A stretch of DNA of 32,000 nt from Desulfocapsa sulfexigens DSM 10523 (GCF_000341395.1 NC_020304.1:2040001-2072000); one strand, 5' to 3'. Positions 1 through 7,830 are shown, counted from the stretch's first letter. The notes: generated by a model from the sequence alone, not told the origin. A program made the numbers and translations.

Positions 1-512
1 ACCATGGAATTGATGTTTACAACGAGTACTTCCTTTTTTCCATCCTTGGTTCTTTTAATGGTTGCAGTATCACCAGCACCCTCCTTCAGGCCACCGGCTT
101 GGGAAACGATCTCAAGAAAGGTGGTTGCGCCACGTAATTCTGCTATTCCAGGCTTGTATACCTGTCCGAGAATTACGGCTTTTTTTGAGCGAAATTCTTC
201 TATGAAAATATTTACCTGAGGGTTTACGATGTAGCCATCAGCCAGGAGTGTCGTGAGCTTCTGAGTAACTTCTGTTAAGGACATGCCGCCAACATGAACC
301 AGGCCGATAAAGGGGATAACAATTGAACCGTCGTTTGAGACCCGGACTGTTTTCTGTAAATCCGGGTGATCATAAACATCAATTTTCAAGACATCGCCGG
401 AACCAACGATGTAATTATCGGCAAGGCTGTTTGTGGAGAAACAAAGCAGGATTGTCAGGCAGAACGTAGCAAAGAACAAATAAGTTTGAAAAGGAAATTT
501 CACATTACACAT
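1..512 (-). CDS. Polysaccharide export protein (Wza / Poly_export + SLBB type), N-terminal part; C-terminus runs off the window start
   Basis: Absent from the ORF track because it has no stop in the window. My minus-strand translation from the ATG at 512-510 reads MCNVKFPFQTYLFFATFCLTILLCFSTNSLADNYIVGSGDVLKIDVYDHPDLQKTVRVSNDGSIVIPFIGLVHVGGMSLTEVTQKLTTLLADGYIVNPQVNIFIEEFRSKKAVILGQVYKPGIAELRGATTFLEIVSQAGGLKEGAG... This is a signal peptide followed by the classic Poly_export pattern. It lies downstream of an OMP gene on the same strand. Confidence 0.75.
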   Translation of the reverse strand, partial: MCNVKFPFQTYLFFATFCLTILLCFSTNSLADNYIVGSGDVLKIDVYDHPDLQKTVRVSNDGSIVIPFIGLVHVGGMSLTEVTQKLTTLLADGYIVNPQVNIFIEEFRSKKAVILGQVYKPGIAELRGATTFLEIVSQAGGLKEGAGDTATIKRTKDGKKEVLVVNINSM

Positions 513-670
513 AACAGGATTTTCTTTATTTGTGCCTCAGAAGAGTAACTTCTTTGGCATGAAAAAATATGTATCCTGTTATTCAAAGTCACTACGCTTC
601 AAGAAGAGACTGAAACACAATATGTAATATAACAGGAGTTTTTTTCAAAGGATGAAAAAAACTTTACCCA

Positions 671-2095
671 TTATAGCGCAGAATTCAAACTAAAGGAAAC
701 AGTGTTTGTGTCATACTCGTAAATTTCATCGGTTGAATTCCTTTGTTCCCATGTGTAGGCAAGTTCAGCCATTAGCCAGTCATTAAAAATATACTGCAGG
801 GCAGGGCGGAGGATAAAGCGATCATCATCACGTTTAGGGCCAGTTATTTGATTATAGTCAGCGTTTTCATATGTGAAATCCAGCATTCCTATAAAATCTT
901 CAGCGAATTCCTGATTGTAACGGAACGTCCCGCCAAGAATTCTTTTATCCAGTGCCTCCGTACTGTCAGTTTCCTCTATCTGATGATGCATGCCAAGGGA
1001 AAGGCTTGTTTTCTGGGTGACCTTGTACTGAACGTCCAGCTCAAAAATAAGTCCGTCATTGTTTGAGTTATAGGAGTTTTCGCTGATATCGTTTACTGCT
1101 TTGTCTTTATACTCACGTGTCTGATAACCTGCTTTGAAGTCTATCGAAGTTTTGGTGGAGGCAATCCAGCTTATACCGCCGTATATGGAGTCCTGATCAT
1201 TGTCTTTGTCAGTTTCGGTGTCGTAACTTACGTCTATGTACCTGTACTCCAGAAAAAGTGCGGTTTTCGGACTGAATGTGAAAATACCGTAAAGTGAAAA
1301 GGCATTATCAGTTCTGTTGAGGAAAGCATCATCAACTTCCTTGTAGTCGAGAAAGAAGTTCGAATAGTCGACCTTCAGGCCGATTTTTTCTGTAATGTCC
1401 CAGATAACATTAAACAAAGCTATATTTGAATTATAACGTCTTAAGCTTATTTCACCGAGGAAGTTACCAATATCAAAGCGATCCTGGCTACGGGTGTAAT
1501 GGTCAACAAGCTCAAAAGAAAGGCCGCTTCTCAGGTTAAGTTTGAAGAAACCTTCAACGTTGGCGTCGTAATCGTTTAATTCTGAATCTTCAGAATAATA
1601 TTTAAAGTCCAGTGCACCGAGGATATAGGCATTATATCGCTCAAATCCGGGGTAATCGGGTAGGGCCATCTGAAGTCCGCCCGGGGTCGAGTTGTTTGGA
1701 GCAATGGCAAGCGGCACCTCCTTTGTCCTGGGAAATGCGAGCCAGATACCTGGAGACAATGTCGTCAGGAAGTTACTCTTTTCATCTGTATAGACATTGA
1801 AAAGGTTGTCGGTGTATTCACCGGCGACACTGAAGAAGGGATGTATATAACCACCACCCTTAGTTCCGAAAAGATCGTCATCATCCGTCTGGAGGTTGTC
1901 TTCCGGCAGAAGAGATTCGGACGTTCCCGATGGTCCCTGTCCCATGGGGGTGTCCTGGGCTGGAGCAACCGCATCGGTTTGGGCGACGACAGTCATTTTG
2001 TCTATTGTTAATTCCTTTGATTCAACACTGTTGATGAGAAGTGAGGAAAAGATAAAGAAGCACGCCGAGGGGAGAAGGTATTTATTTTTCATCAT
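671..2095 (-). CDS. Outer-membrane beta-barrel protein of the kind found in exopolysaccharide loci
   Basis: 474-aa ORF with an N-terminal signal peptide (MMKNKYLLPSACFFIFSSLLINSVES). The body is Y/F/D/N/S/T-rich with alternating strand-like segments. It sits directly upstream of the Wza-like gene. The family assignment is by resemblance only. Confidence 0.55.
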   Translation of the reverse strand: MMKNKYLLPSACFFIFSSLLINSVESKELTIDKMTVVAQTDAVAPAQDTPMGQGPSGTSESLLPEDNLQTDDDDLFGTKGGGYIHPFFSVAGEYTDNLFNVYTDEKSNFLTTLSPGIWLAFPRTKEVPLAIAPNNSTPGGLQMALPDYPGFERYNAYILGALDFKYYSEDSELNDYDANVEGFFKLNLRSGLSFELVDHYTRSQDRFDIGNFLGEISLRRYNSNIALFNVIWDITEKIGLKVDYSNFFLDYKEVDDAFLNRTDNAFSLYGIFTFSPKTALFLEYRYIDVSYDTETDKDNDQDSIYGGISWIASTKTSIDFKAGYQTREYKDKAVNDISENSYNSNNDGLIFELDVQYKVTQKTSLSLGMHHQIEETDSTEALDKRILGGTFRYNQEFAEDFIGMLDFTYENADYNQITGPKRDDDRFILRPALQYIFNDWLMAELAYTWEQRNSTDEIYEYDTNTVSFSLNSAL

Positions 2096-2161
2096 ATTTT
2101 CTTGGTCGAAGAAGTAAGGAAAGAATAGTGTCTAAAGCTGGTGTGTGCTGCTGTGTGTACT

Positions 2162-2205
2162 GTTAAAGCAAAACCAGCTCTGTTCGTAAGGTCGAACAGA
2201 GCTGG
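2162..2205 (-). terminator. Rho-independent terminator of the small secreted-protein gene
   Basis: On the minus strand: CCAGCTCTGTTCG-acctta-CGAACAGAGCTGG, a perfect 13-bp stem (2174-2186 / 2193-2205), followed by TTTTGCTTT. It starts 10 nt after the stop at 2216. Confidence 0.75.
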
Positions 2206-2215
2206 AGGATATTTC

Positions 2216-2650
2216 TTAAAAAGTGGACTGGCTTACAAACCTTTGCGTGCTGCGATTCTGAGATCTTGGCATTCCAGCAAAAGTTGCTCTTGCAACAGGC
2301 GTATATGCCTGGCTGTCTGCCACAGCGTCACCACATTCTACGAGGCTTTTCTCAAAAGCCGCCACAAGAATGATGTCCGAAATTCCAGCACTGTCAGAAG
2401 CAGCCTTCACGTCATCTCCGTCAACGCCCTCACAATAAAGAGCTTTCAGGATATGTTGAGGGTTGACATTGGCAATTTTCAGTCCTTCATCGACAATGCT
2501 CGTTGGATCCATTCCAGCCTTAAGTGCCTCTGCAACGGCGACCTCAATACCTTGGGTCTGATTGTTGACCGAAAAATCTTCGACCCAGTCAGCAAAGGAT
2601 GCCGACGCAACAAAAACCCCTAAGAGAGCTGATATCATTATTTTCTTCAT
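2216..2650 (-). CDS. Small secreted protein of unknown function
   Basis: Start moved to the ATG at 2650 (MKKIMISALLGVFVASASFA, a signal peptide), which is preceded by AGGAGA 6 nt upstream. A strong terminator follows. I recognise no family. Confidence 0.6.
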   Translation of the reverse strand: MKKIMISALLGVFVASASFADWVEDFSVNNQTQGIEVAVAEALKAGMDPTSIVDEGLKIANVNPQHILKALYCEGVDGDDVKAASDSAGISDIILVAAFEKSLVECGDAVADSQAYTPVARATFAGMPRSQNRSTQRFVSQSTF

Positions 2651-3079
2651 AATTTCTCCTGACATTGTCATACGTTCGATTATGATAACTACTCACAATC
2701 TAATAGCAATACACCTTAAAAGCAATACAAAAATACATGTTACCAATAAGATACTGCTGTTTCCTTCCGCCGACCAAGGCTTTTTTTTGCTGTCGGACAA
2801 TATGACCAAAGCCTGAAAGAAAGAGTTATGTCGCTCCGTCTCAGGTTTGTGTTCTTTATTTGCCCGGCTAGAACACCATTTCCCAGATACTGCACTGTTG
2901 ATCAGAAGATCAAGCGACTGGCCGAATGCCAGCTGCGGACGGCAGTTTTTGTTATCTGAGTTTTCCGATGCTCCTAAAAACAAAGACATCTGTTTTCTCA
3001 ATAATACGATCCCGGGCGGTAAAGGTAAATAGTCAAAATACTTAATTTACACTATTCGGATGCCGTTTATTATAGATAC

Positions 3080-3109
3080 TTGCTGTCCTGTGGACCTTTA
3101 CTGTATAAT
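3080..3109 (+). promoter_or_regulatory. Candidate sigma70 promoter for the DciA-like gene
   Basis: TTGCTG (3080-3085), an 18-nt spacer, then TATAAT (3104-3109) with an upstream TG (extended -10). A 17-bp palindrome, AATCTCTT-T-AAGAGATT (3107-3123), overlaps the -10 and start region. Confidence 0.35.
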
Positions 3110-3273
3110 CTCTTTAAGAGATTCATTGTCCAGTCAATTGTGACGAGTCTGACTTGACATTTCACCCTTTCAGGTAGCATTTGATTCATGATATATATTA
3201 TATCCCTGTTATGGAAAATGTAAATAGGTAGAAATACCCAATTTTTAGTTTGATGTGGTCGAGATAAAGGGTC

Positions 3274-3747
3274 GTGGAAAAAAAGAGTAAGCATCTGCAA
3301 TGCTTGGAAGAATTGCTACCTCAAGTTACCATCCAACGGGGCTGGGAAGAACAGCTTGATCTTCATTCCATCTTTTTGCGGTGGGATGATCTTGTTGAAA
3401 GTGATGTGGCTGAGCATTGTCAGCCATTGAAAATTATAAAGTCCGTGTTATGGGTCGAGGTGGAAAACTCTGCCTGGTTACAGCAACTCCAGTATCAGAC
3501 CGTTCCGTTATTAGATATTTTGAATAATTCGCTCCGTTTGTCCAAGTTGAAGGGCCTGCGGTTTTGCCTGGCGGAGAAGAATTCTGAAAAGAAAAAGAGT
3601 GAGGCCGTTCTTCGCTATATTCAACCATCTTCCCGGGATATTGAAGCTTTTGAACAGCAAGCAGGGACAATAGCCGATAAGGATTCCCGAGATGCTCTGG
3701 TGCGTTTCTGGTATCTTTCACAGGCCTGTATAAAAAATGATCTGTAG
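3274..3747 (+). CDS. DUF721 / DciA-like protein
   Basis: The segment HCQPLKIIKSVLWVEVENSAWLQQLQYQTVPLLDILNNSL matches the remembered DUF721 core (H..P..l..g.L.v.v.s..W...L.......ll..lN). GTG start at 3274. Confidence 0.6.
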   Translation: MEKKSKHLQCLEELLPQVTIQRGWEEQLDLHSIFLRWDDLVESDVAEHCQPLKIIKSVLWVEVENSAWLQQLQYQTVPLLDILNNSLRLSKLKGLRFCLAEKNSEKKKSEAVLRYIQPSSRDIEAFEQQAGTIADKDSRDALVRFWYLSQACIKNDL

Positions 3748-3844
3748 TTCTCCTTTCTTCCTGCTTGCCTGAAGCGCCGATTCGCAATAGAATACATACC
3801 TGTCTGTTTGTGCTTCTTACTGAAAATAAATTACTTCTGTCAAT

Positions 3845-6172
3845 GTGATGATTTACGATAACGTTTTAGACGCCATTGGAAATACTCCGCTCATTAGGGT
3901 GAATCGTTTGAATTCTTCTGATGTTCCGGTCTATGCAAAACTCGAATCCAGTAATCCTGGCGGCTCTGTGAAAGAAAGAATCTCTCTGTCCCTGATTGAG
4001 GCTGGTGAGGCCAGTGGAGAGTTGAGTGCTGATAAGATAGTCCTTGAGGCAACCAGTGGTAATACCGGTATTGGGCTTGCCATGGTTTGTGCAGCAAAAG
4101 GATATCGTTGTCAGCTGGTCATGCCAGAATCCGCATCCCTGGAGCGAAGGCAGATTATGCAGGCCTATGGGGCTGAGATTCTTCTTACTCCTGCAAAAAG
4201 GAGTACGGACGGAGCCATAGAAAAAGCCTATGCGATGGCTCGTGAGCACCCTGATCGCTACTATCTTACAGATCAATTCAATAACGAAGCTAACTGGCGG
4301 GCTCATTATGACCACACTGCACCAGAAATCTGGCAACAGACAGATGGAAGGGTTACCCATGTAGTAGCAACACTTGGTACATCGGGCACTGTTATGGGGC
4401 TCTGTAAGTGGTTTGCTGAACATCATCCCGAAGTAGAGGTTGTTGCCGTAGAGCCATTCCTTGGGCATAAAATTCAGGGCCTTAAAAACATGAAAGAGTC
4501 TTATCGTCCTGGAATATTTGACAAATCTCTCCCGACAAGGATTGTGAACATTGAGGATGAAGATGCTTTTCGTATGGCAAGACTCCTTGCAAGGGAAGAG
4601 GGCTTGCTGGTTGGTATGAGTAGTGGTGCCGCAATGTTCTGCGCGCTTCAATTAGCGGGAGAACTGGATGACGGGTTTATCGTAACAATTATTCCGGATG
4701 GTGGTGAGCGCTATCTTTCAACACCCCTGTTTACACGAAAGAATAAGGTTACTGAGAAAAAAACTGATCTTTGTTTTTTTAATACACTCACCAAAAAGAA
4801 GGAAGAATTTCGTCCACAGAAGGAAAAATACGTCAGTTTCTATACCTGTGGACCGACCGCTTACGAACCTGCCAATCTTTCCCTTTGCAGGCGTTTTGTT
4901 GTTTCAGATCTTATTACCCGCTATCTGGAACACAAGGGTTATGAAGTGAATTCCTGTATGAACTTTACCGATCTCGATGATAATACAATACAGGGTGCGA
5001 ATAAGGCCGGTAAGTCACTTGGGGAATTCACCAGTAAGTATATTGATGGATTTATGGCGGATATCGATTCGCTCAGTATTAAGCGGGCTACTCATTACCC
5101 CAGGGCTTCCGAGCATGTTGCAGACATGATAGAAATCAGCCATGAGTTGCTCCATAAAGGGTTTGCCTATGAAAAGCATGGCTCTATTTATTTCGATATT
5201 TCCAAATTTAAGAAATATGGCCGCCTGTCAGGCATTGATCTTGGCAAGATTCAGCTGGGAAAAACAGTCGATCTTGATAATTATGAAAAGGATAATCCCC
5301 GTGATTTTACACTGCTGAAACGTTCAACCCTGGCAGAGTTGAAAAAGGGGATATTTTATGAGACTGATTGGGGAAATGTACGACCAGGATGGCATATTGA
5401 GTGTTCGGCAATGTCGACCAAATATCTTGGCGAAACCATGGATATACATACCTCCAGCCGTGATCTGATTTTCCCTCATCATGAAAATGAAATAGCCATT
5501 GCTGAAGCGCTGACGGGAAAGCAACTGGCCAGGTACTGGCTGCATTCGGAACTGTTGCTGGTTGACGGAAAAAAAATGTCAGTGGAAGCTGGAAATGTAG
5601 TGACCCTGAATGATGCCGTTCTGCGTGGTTTTACGCCACGGGATGTCCGTTTCATGCTGCTCTCAGTCCATTATCGGAAGCCGATTAATTTTTCTTTCCG
5701 ACGGCTGATCAACGTCCGAACTGCTCTACGCCGGATTGATGAGTTTACCTGTAAATTGCTTTGTCTGCCTCCTGGAAAACCTCACCCCGAAGTTGCTGCC
5801 TATGTTTCTGCAATGGAGGAACAGTTTTTTGCCGCCATGGATGATGATCTGAATGTTTCAAAGGGGATGGGGGCAATTTATAAGTTTATCAAGCGCACCA
5901 ATCCGATTCTTCATGTGAATCATCTGGATGGTGATCAAAAAAAATACATTCTCGAAAGTTTGGGAAAGATAAACGGAATCCTGCAAATTTTCCGTCTCAA
6001 AGGTTGTCCGCTTGCCCCTTCCGTGAATGCTATTATTAAGCGACGAGAGGAGGCGCGACAGGGGAAAGACTGGAAAGCTGCTGATGAGGCTCGTGATGAA
6101 CTCATTCGCCAGGGAATCCAGATTATTGATACAGCCACCGGGCCTGTATGGAAAAAGGTCGATGAGGAATGA
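3845..6172 (+). CDS. Fusion protein: cysteine synthase (CysK/CysM-like, PLP-dependent) joined to a cysteinyl-tRNA-synthetase-like module with degenerate HIGH and KMSKS motifs
   Basis: Single 775-aa ORF; the ATG at 3848 is the likely start. The N-terminal ~305 aa carry NPGGSVKER (PLP lysine), TSGNTG, GTSGT, SSGAA and GGERYLS. From about nt 4765 the sequence LCFFNTLTKKKEEF...YTCGPTAY...NFTDLDDN...PGWHIECSAM...FPHHENEIA...RREEARQGKDWKAADEARDEL...GPVWKK is colinear with CysRS. See findings. Confidence 0.85.
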   Translation: MMIYDNVLDAIGNTPLIRVNRLNSSDVPVYAKLESSNPGGSVKERISLSLIEAGEASGELSADKIVLEATSGNTGIGLAMVCAAKGYRCQLVMPESASLERRQIMQAYGAEILLTPAKRSTDGAIEKAYAMAREHPDRYYLTDQFNNEANWRAHYDHTAPEIWQQTDGRVTHVVATLGTSGTVMGLCKWFAEHHPEVEVVAVEPFLGHKIQGLKNMKESYRPGIFDKSLPTRIVNIEDEDAFRMARLLAREEGLLVGMSSGAAMFCALQLAGELDDGFIVTIIPDGGERYLSTPLFTRKNKVTEKKTDLCFFNTLTKKKEEFRPQKEKYVSFYTCGPTAYEPANLSLCRRFVVSDLITRYLEHKGYEVNSCMNFTDLDDNTIQGANKAGKSLGEFTSKYIDGFMADIDSLSIKRATHYPRASEHVADMIEISHELLHKGFAYEKHGSIYFDISKFKKYGRLSGIDLGKIQLGKTVDLDNYEKDNPRDFTLLKRSTLAELKKGIFYETDWGNVRPGWHIECSAMSTKYLGETMDIHTSSRDLIFPHHENEIAIAEALTGKQLARYWLHSELLLVDGKKMSVEAGNVVTLNDAVLRGFTPRDVRFMLLSVHYRKPINFSFRRLINVRTALRRIDEFTCKLLCLPPGKPHPEVAAYVSAMEEQFFAAMDDDLNVSKGMGAIYKFIKRTNPILHVNHLDGDQKKYILESLGKINGILQIFRLKGCPLAPSVNAIIKRREEARQGKDWKAADEARDELIRQGIQIIDTATGPVWKKVDEE

Positions 6173-6201
6173 TCTGGTCCGGGGGGTAGTAAAGAATGGT
6201 A

Positions 6202-6230
6202 TTGATTTTTTGTCGGCTATATTTTATAGC
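6202..6230 (+). promoter_or_regulatory. Candidate sigma70 promoter for the tRNA-Arg gene
   Basis: TTGATT (6202-6207), a 17-nt spacer, then TATAGC (6225-6230). The tRNA 5' end is 12 nt downstream. Confidence 0.35.
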
Positions 6231-6241
6231 ACTTATTACAT

Positions 6242-6318
6242 GCGCCAGTAGCTCAGCTGGATAGAGCAACGGCCTTCTAAGCCGTAGGTCACAGGTTCGA
6301 ACCCTGTCTGGCGTACCA
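6242..6318 (+). tRNA. tRNA-Arg (anticodon UCU), CCA encoded
   Basis: Cloverleaf folded by hand. Acceptor GCGCCAG/CTGGCGT (G1-U72 wobble). D arm GCTC-AGCTGGATA-GAGC. Anticodon arm ACGGC-CTTCTAA-GCCGT, giving anticodon TCT. Variable loop AGGTC. T arm ACAGG-TTCGAAC-CCTGT. Discriminator A plus CCA. 77 nt in total. Confidence 0.9.
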
Positions 6319-6326
6319 ATTTCAAT

Positions 6327-6364
6327 AAGGGTTTCAGTCTTCTTGGCTGGAACCCTTTTTTTTT
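6327..6364 (+). terminator. Rho-independent terminator after tRNA-Arg
   Basis: AAGGGTT (6327-6333) pairs with AACCCTT (6351-6357), with an inner CAG/CTG pairing, followed by a run of 9 T. Confidence 0.7.
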
Positions 6365-6445
6365 GCGTTGGAGGCATGTCGGAAAATGCCCTTTTTCCAC
6401 ACTTCGTTATTGGAAAGATTTTTTCATATTTTTAAAAGGATAAAG

Positions 6446-6739
6446 ATGAGAAAAATTTACAAATTGACCCACCCGAAAATTAAAGTCGATAGACTGGTGG
6501 AAGGTGTAAAGCACGACATCAAGAAATACGTTAAGCGAGAGCGTAAAAAAGCGCTGCCGGTGGGCGTCGATTATTGGGATTTTGACTGCAAATTTGGCAA
6601 TACTGTTAAAGGATTGCAGGATATTCACCTTGCTGAGATGAATACCTACATTGATCGAGCCAAAGAACAGCAGCTTGAGTCATTTTGTATTGAAATTCAA
6701 GTAAAGCCAGGGCGCAGAATGAAAAAATCTGGTACTTGA
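6446..6739 (+). CDS. Small basic protein, DUF6172-like
   Basis: Start moved to the ATG at 6446, with AAGGA 6 nt upstream. MRKIYKLTHPKIKVDRLVEGVKHDIKKYVKRERKKALPVGVDYWDFDCKFG resembles my memory of the DUF6172 family. The upstream extension in the ORF track overlaps the tRNA terminator. Confidence 0.55.
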   Translation: MRKIYKLTHPKIKVDRLVEGVKHDIKKYVKRERKKALPVGVDYWDFDCKFGNTVKGLQDIHLAEMNTYIDRAKEQQLESFCIEIQVKPGRRMKKSGT

Positions 6740-6790
6740 TTGATTTCGGAAGGTTCTATTCTTGTCTTTAACGGAGAATGAAAAATAATC

Positions 6791-7576
6791 ATGAGTGGTA
6801 AAAGTAAACTACGCCGCTATAGGCTAATACTTGAGTATGATGGAACCAATTTCAGTGGCTGGCAGAAACAGGTGAATGTCCGGACTGTGCAGGGGGATGT
6901 ACTGAAGGGTGCGGCACGTGTTTTTGGGGAGGTCCCGATGGATCTTCAGGGCTGTGGTCGTACCGATTCTGGGGTCCATGCTCTCGAATATGTAGCCCAC
7001 CTTGAGGTGGCAGCTGATATGGGGCCACATGAAGTTGCAAGAAAGCTTAATGAGACACTGCCAAAAGACATAGCCGTAAGGTCAGTTGAAGCAGCAGGGG
7101 CTCGTTTTCATGCACGTCATAACTGTATAGCAAGAAGTTATGTCTATCAGATTCGAACAGAGAAATCGGCTTTTGGAAAACGTTATGACTGGTGGGTACA
7201 GGCGGATTTGGATCTGCCTGCGATGCAGCATGCCGGGTCGTTGATGACAGGCATGCATGATTTTGCCGCTTTTGCCGAAAAAAAGGAGCTGAAAAAATCA
7301 ACCAGGGTCTTGATTCATAACGTTGAGGTTTTTAAAGAGAAGGAAATTCTTAAGATCCGGGTTGTCGGGTCTCATTTTCTCTGGCATATGGTTCGAAGGA
7401 TGGTTGGGATTATGGTTGAGGTGGGCTGTCACCGCTTAACGGAGGAAGATGTTCAAAACATGCTCGAAGACCATTCCAATGCTTTACCATCTCATCATAC
7501 TGCACCGAGCGCTGGCCTGTTTTTCGAGAAAGCCTTTTATGACAGTGAGGGGCTGGCTGAATTGTTAAAAGAGTGA
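6791..7576 (+). CDS. truA: tRNA pseudouridine(38-40) synthase TruA
   Basis: YRLILEYDGTNFSGWQKQ and GCGRTDSGVHA (catalytic Asp motif); the 261-aa length is typical. Confidence 0.9.
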   Translation: MSGKSKLRRYRLILEYDGTNFSGWQKQVNVRTVQGDVLKGAARVFGEVPMDLQGCGRTDSGVHALEYVAHLEVAADMGPHEVARKLNETLPKDIAVRSVEAAGARFHARHNCIARSYVYQIRTEKSAFGKRYDWWVQADLDLPAMQHAGSLMTGMHDFAAFAEKKELKKSTRVLIHNVEVFKEKEILKIRVVGSHFLWHMVRRMVGIMVEVGCHRLTEEDVQNMLEDHSNALPSHHTAPSAGLFFEKAFYDSEGLAELLKE

Positions 7577-7605
7577 TTTTGATGGCATCGTAGAAAATAA
7601 TAATT

Positions 7606-7783
7606 CCTGATTACCATCGAAACTCAGCTTTGCAACCCGGAGTTGTTTCGTGTCGGTTATATGGGACGCCATAAACCCATCCCTGGGGGCTCTGCTGCGG
7701 CCATCCAGGCCGCAGATGCCCATATAATCAACACGAAAAAACTCCTCCTCAGACGGGTAGGCTGAGGATTAGTGGTAATCAGG
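7606..7783 (+). repeat. Structured MITE-like intergenic repeat, copy A
   Basis: 178 bp, with 6 substitutions against 12969-13146 over the 176-bp core. 11-bp terminal inverted repeats CCTGATTACCA / TGGTAATCAGG. Flanked by an exact 8-bp direct repeat TAATAATT (7598-7605 and 7784-7791). Internal 27-bp helix (7639-7665 / 7719-7745) and apical hairpin CTGCGGCC-atcca-GGCCGCAG (7695-7715). Confidence 0.85.
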
Positions 7784-7800
7784 TAATAATTTGTGCTATC

Positions 7801-7830
7801 CCGTCACTCCCGCCTATGCGGGAAGGACGG
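7801..7830. other. GC-rich stem-loop between convergent genes (possible terminator, no canonical U-tract)
   Basis: CCGTC-ac-TCCCGC-ctat-GCGGGA-ag-GACGG (5 + 6 bp). On the plus strand a T5 run begins only 10 nt after the stem. On the minus strand there is no T run. Confidence 0.3.

Noticed and set aside
4-219. 71-aa plus-strand ORF at the window start
   Set aside because: It lies antisense to the clearly recognisable Wza-like coding frame (minus strand, 1-512). It has no SD and I see no family resemblance.
3866-4651. 261-aa minus-strand ORF, and similar long antisense ORFs (e.g. 11869-12249, 16769-17224, 21431-21811, 21929-22279, 14705-15103)
   Set aside because: All are embedded opposite genes with strong family signatures (cysK/cysS-like, typA, glgX, imuB, panE). 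Their translations are Cys/Arg/Ser/Pro-rich shadow frames without starts or SDs.
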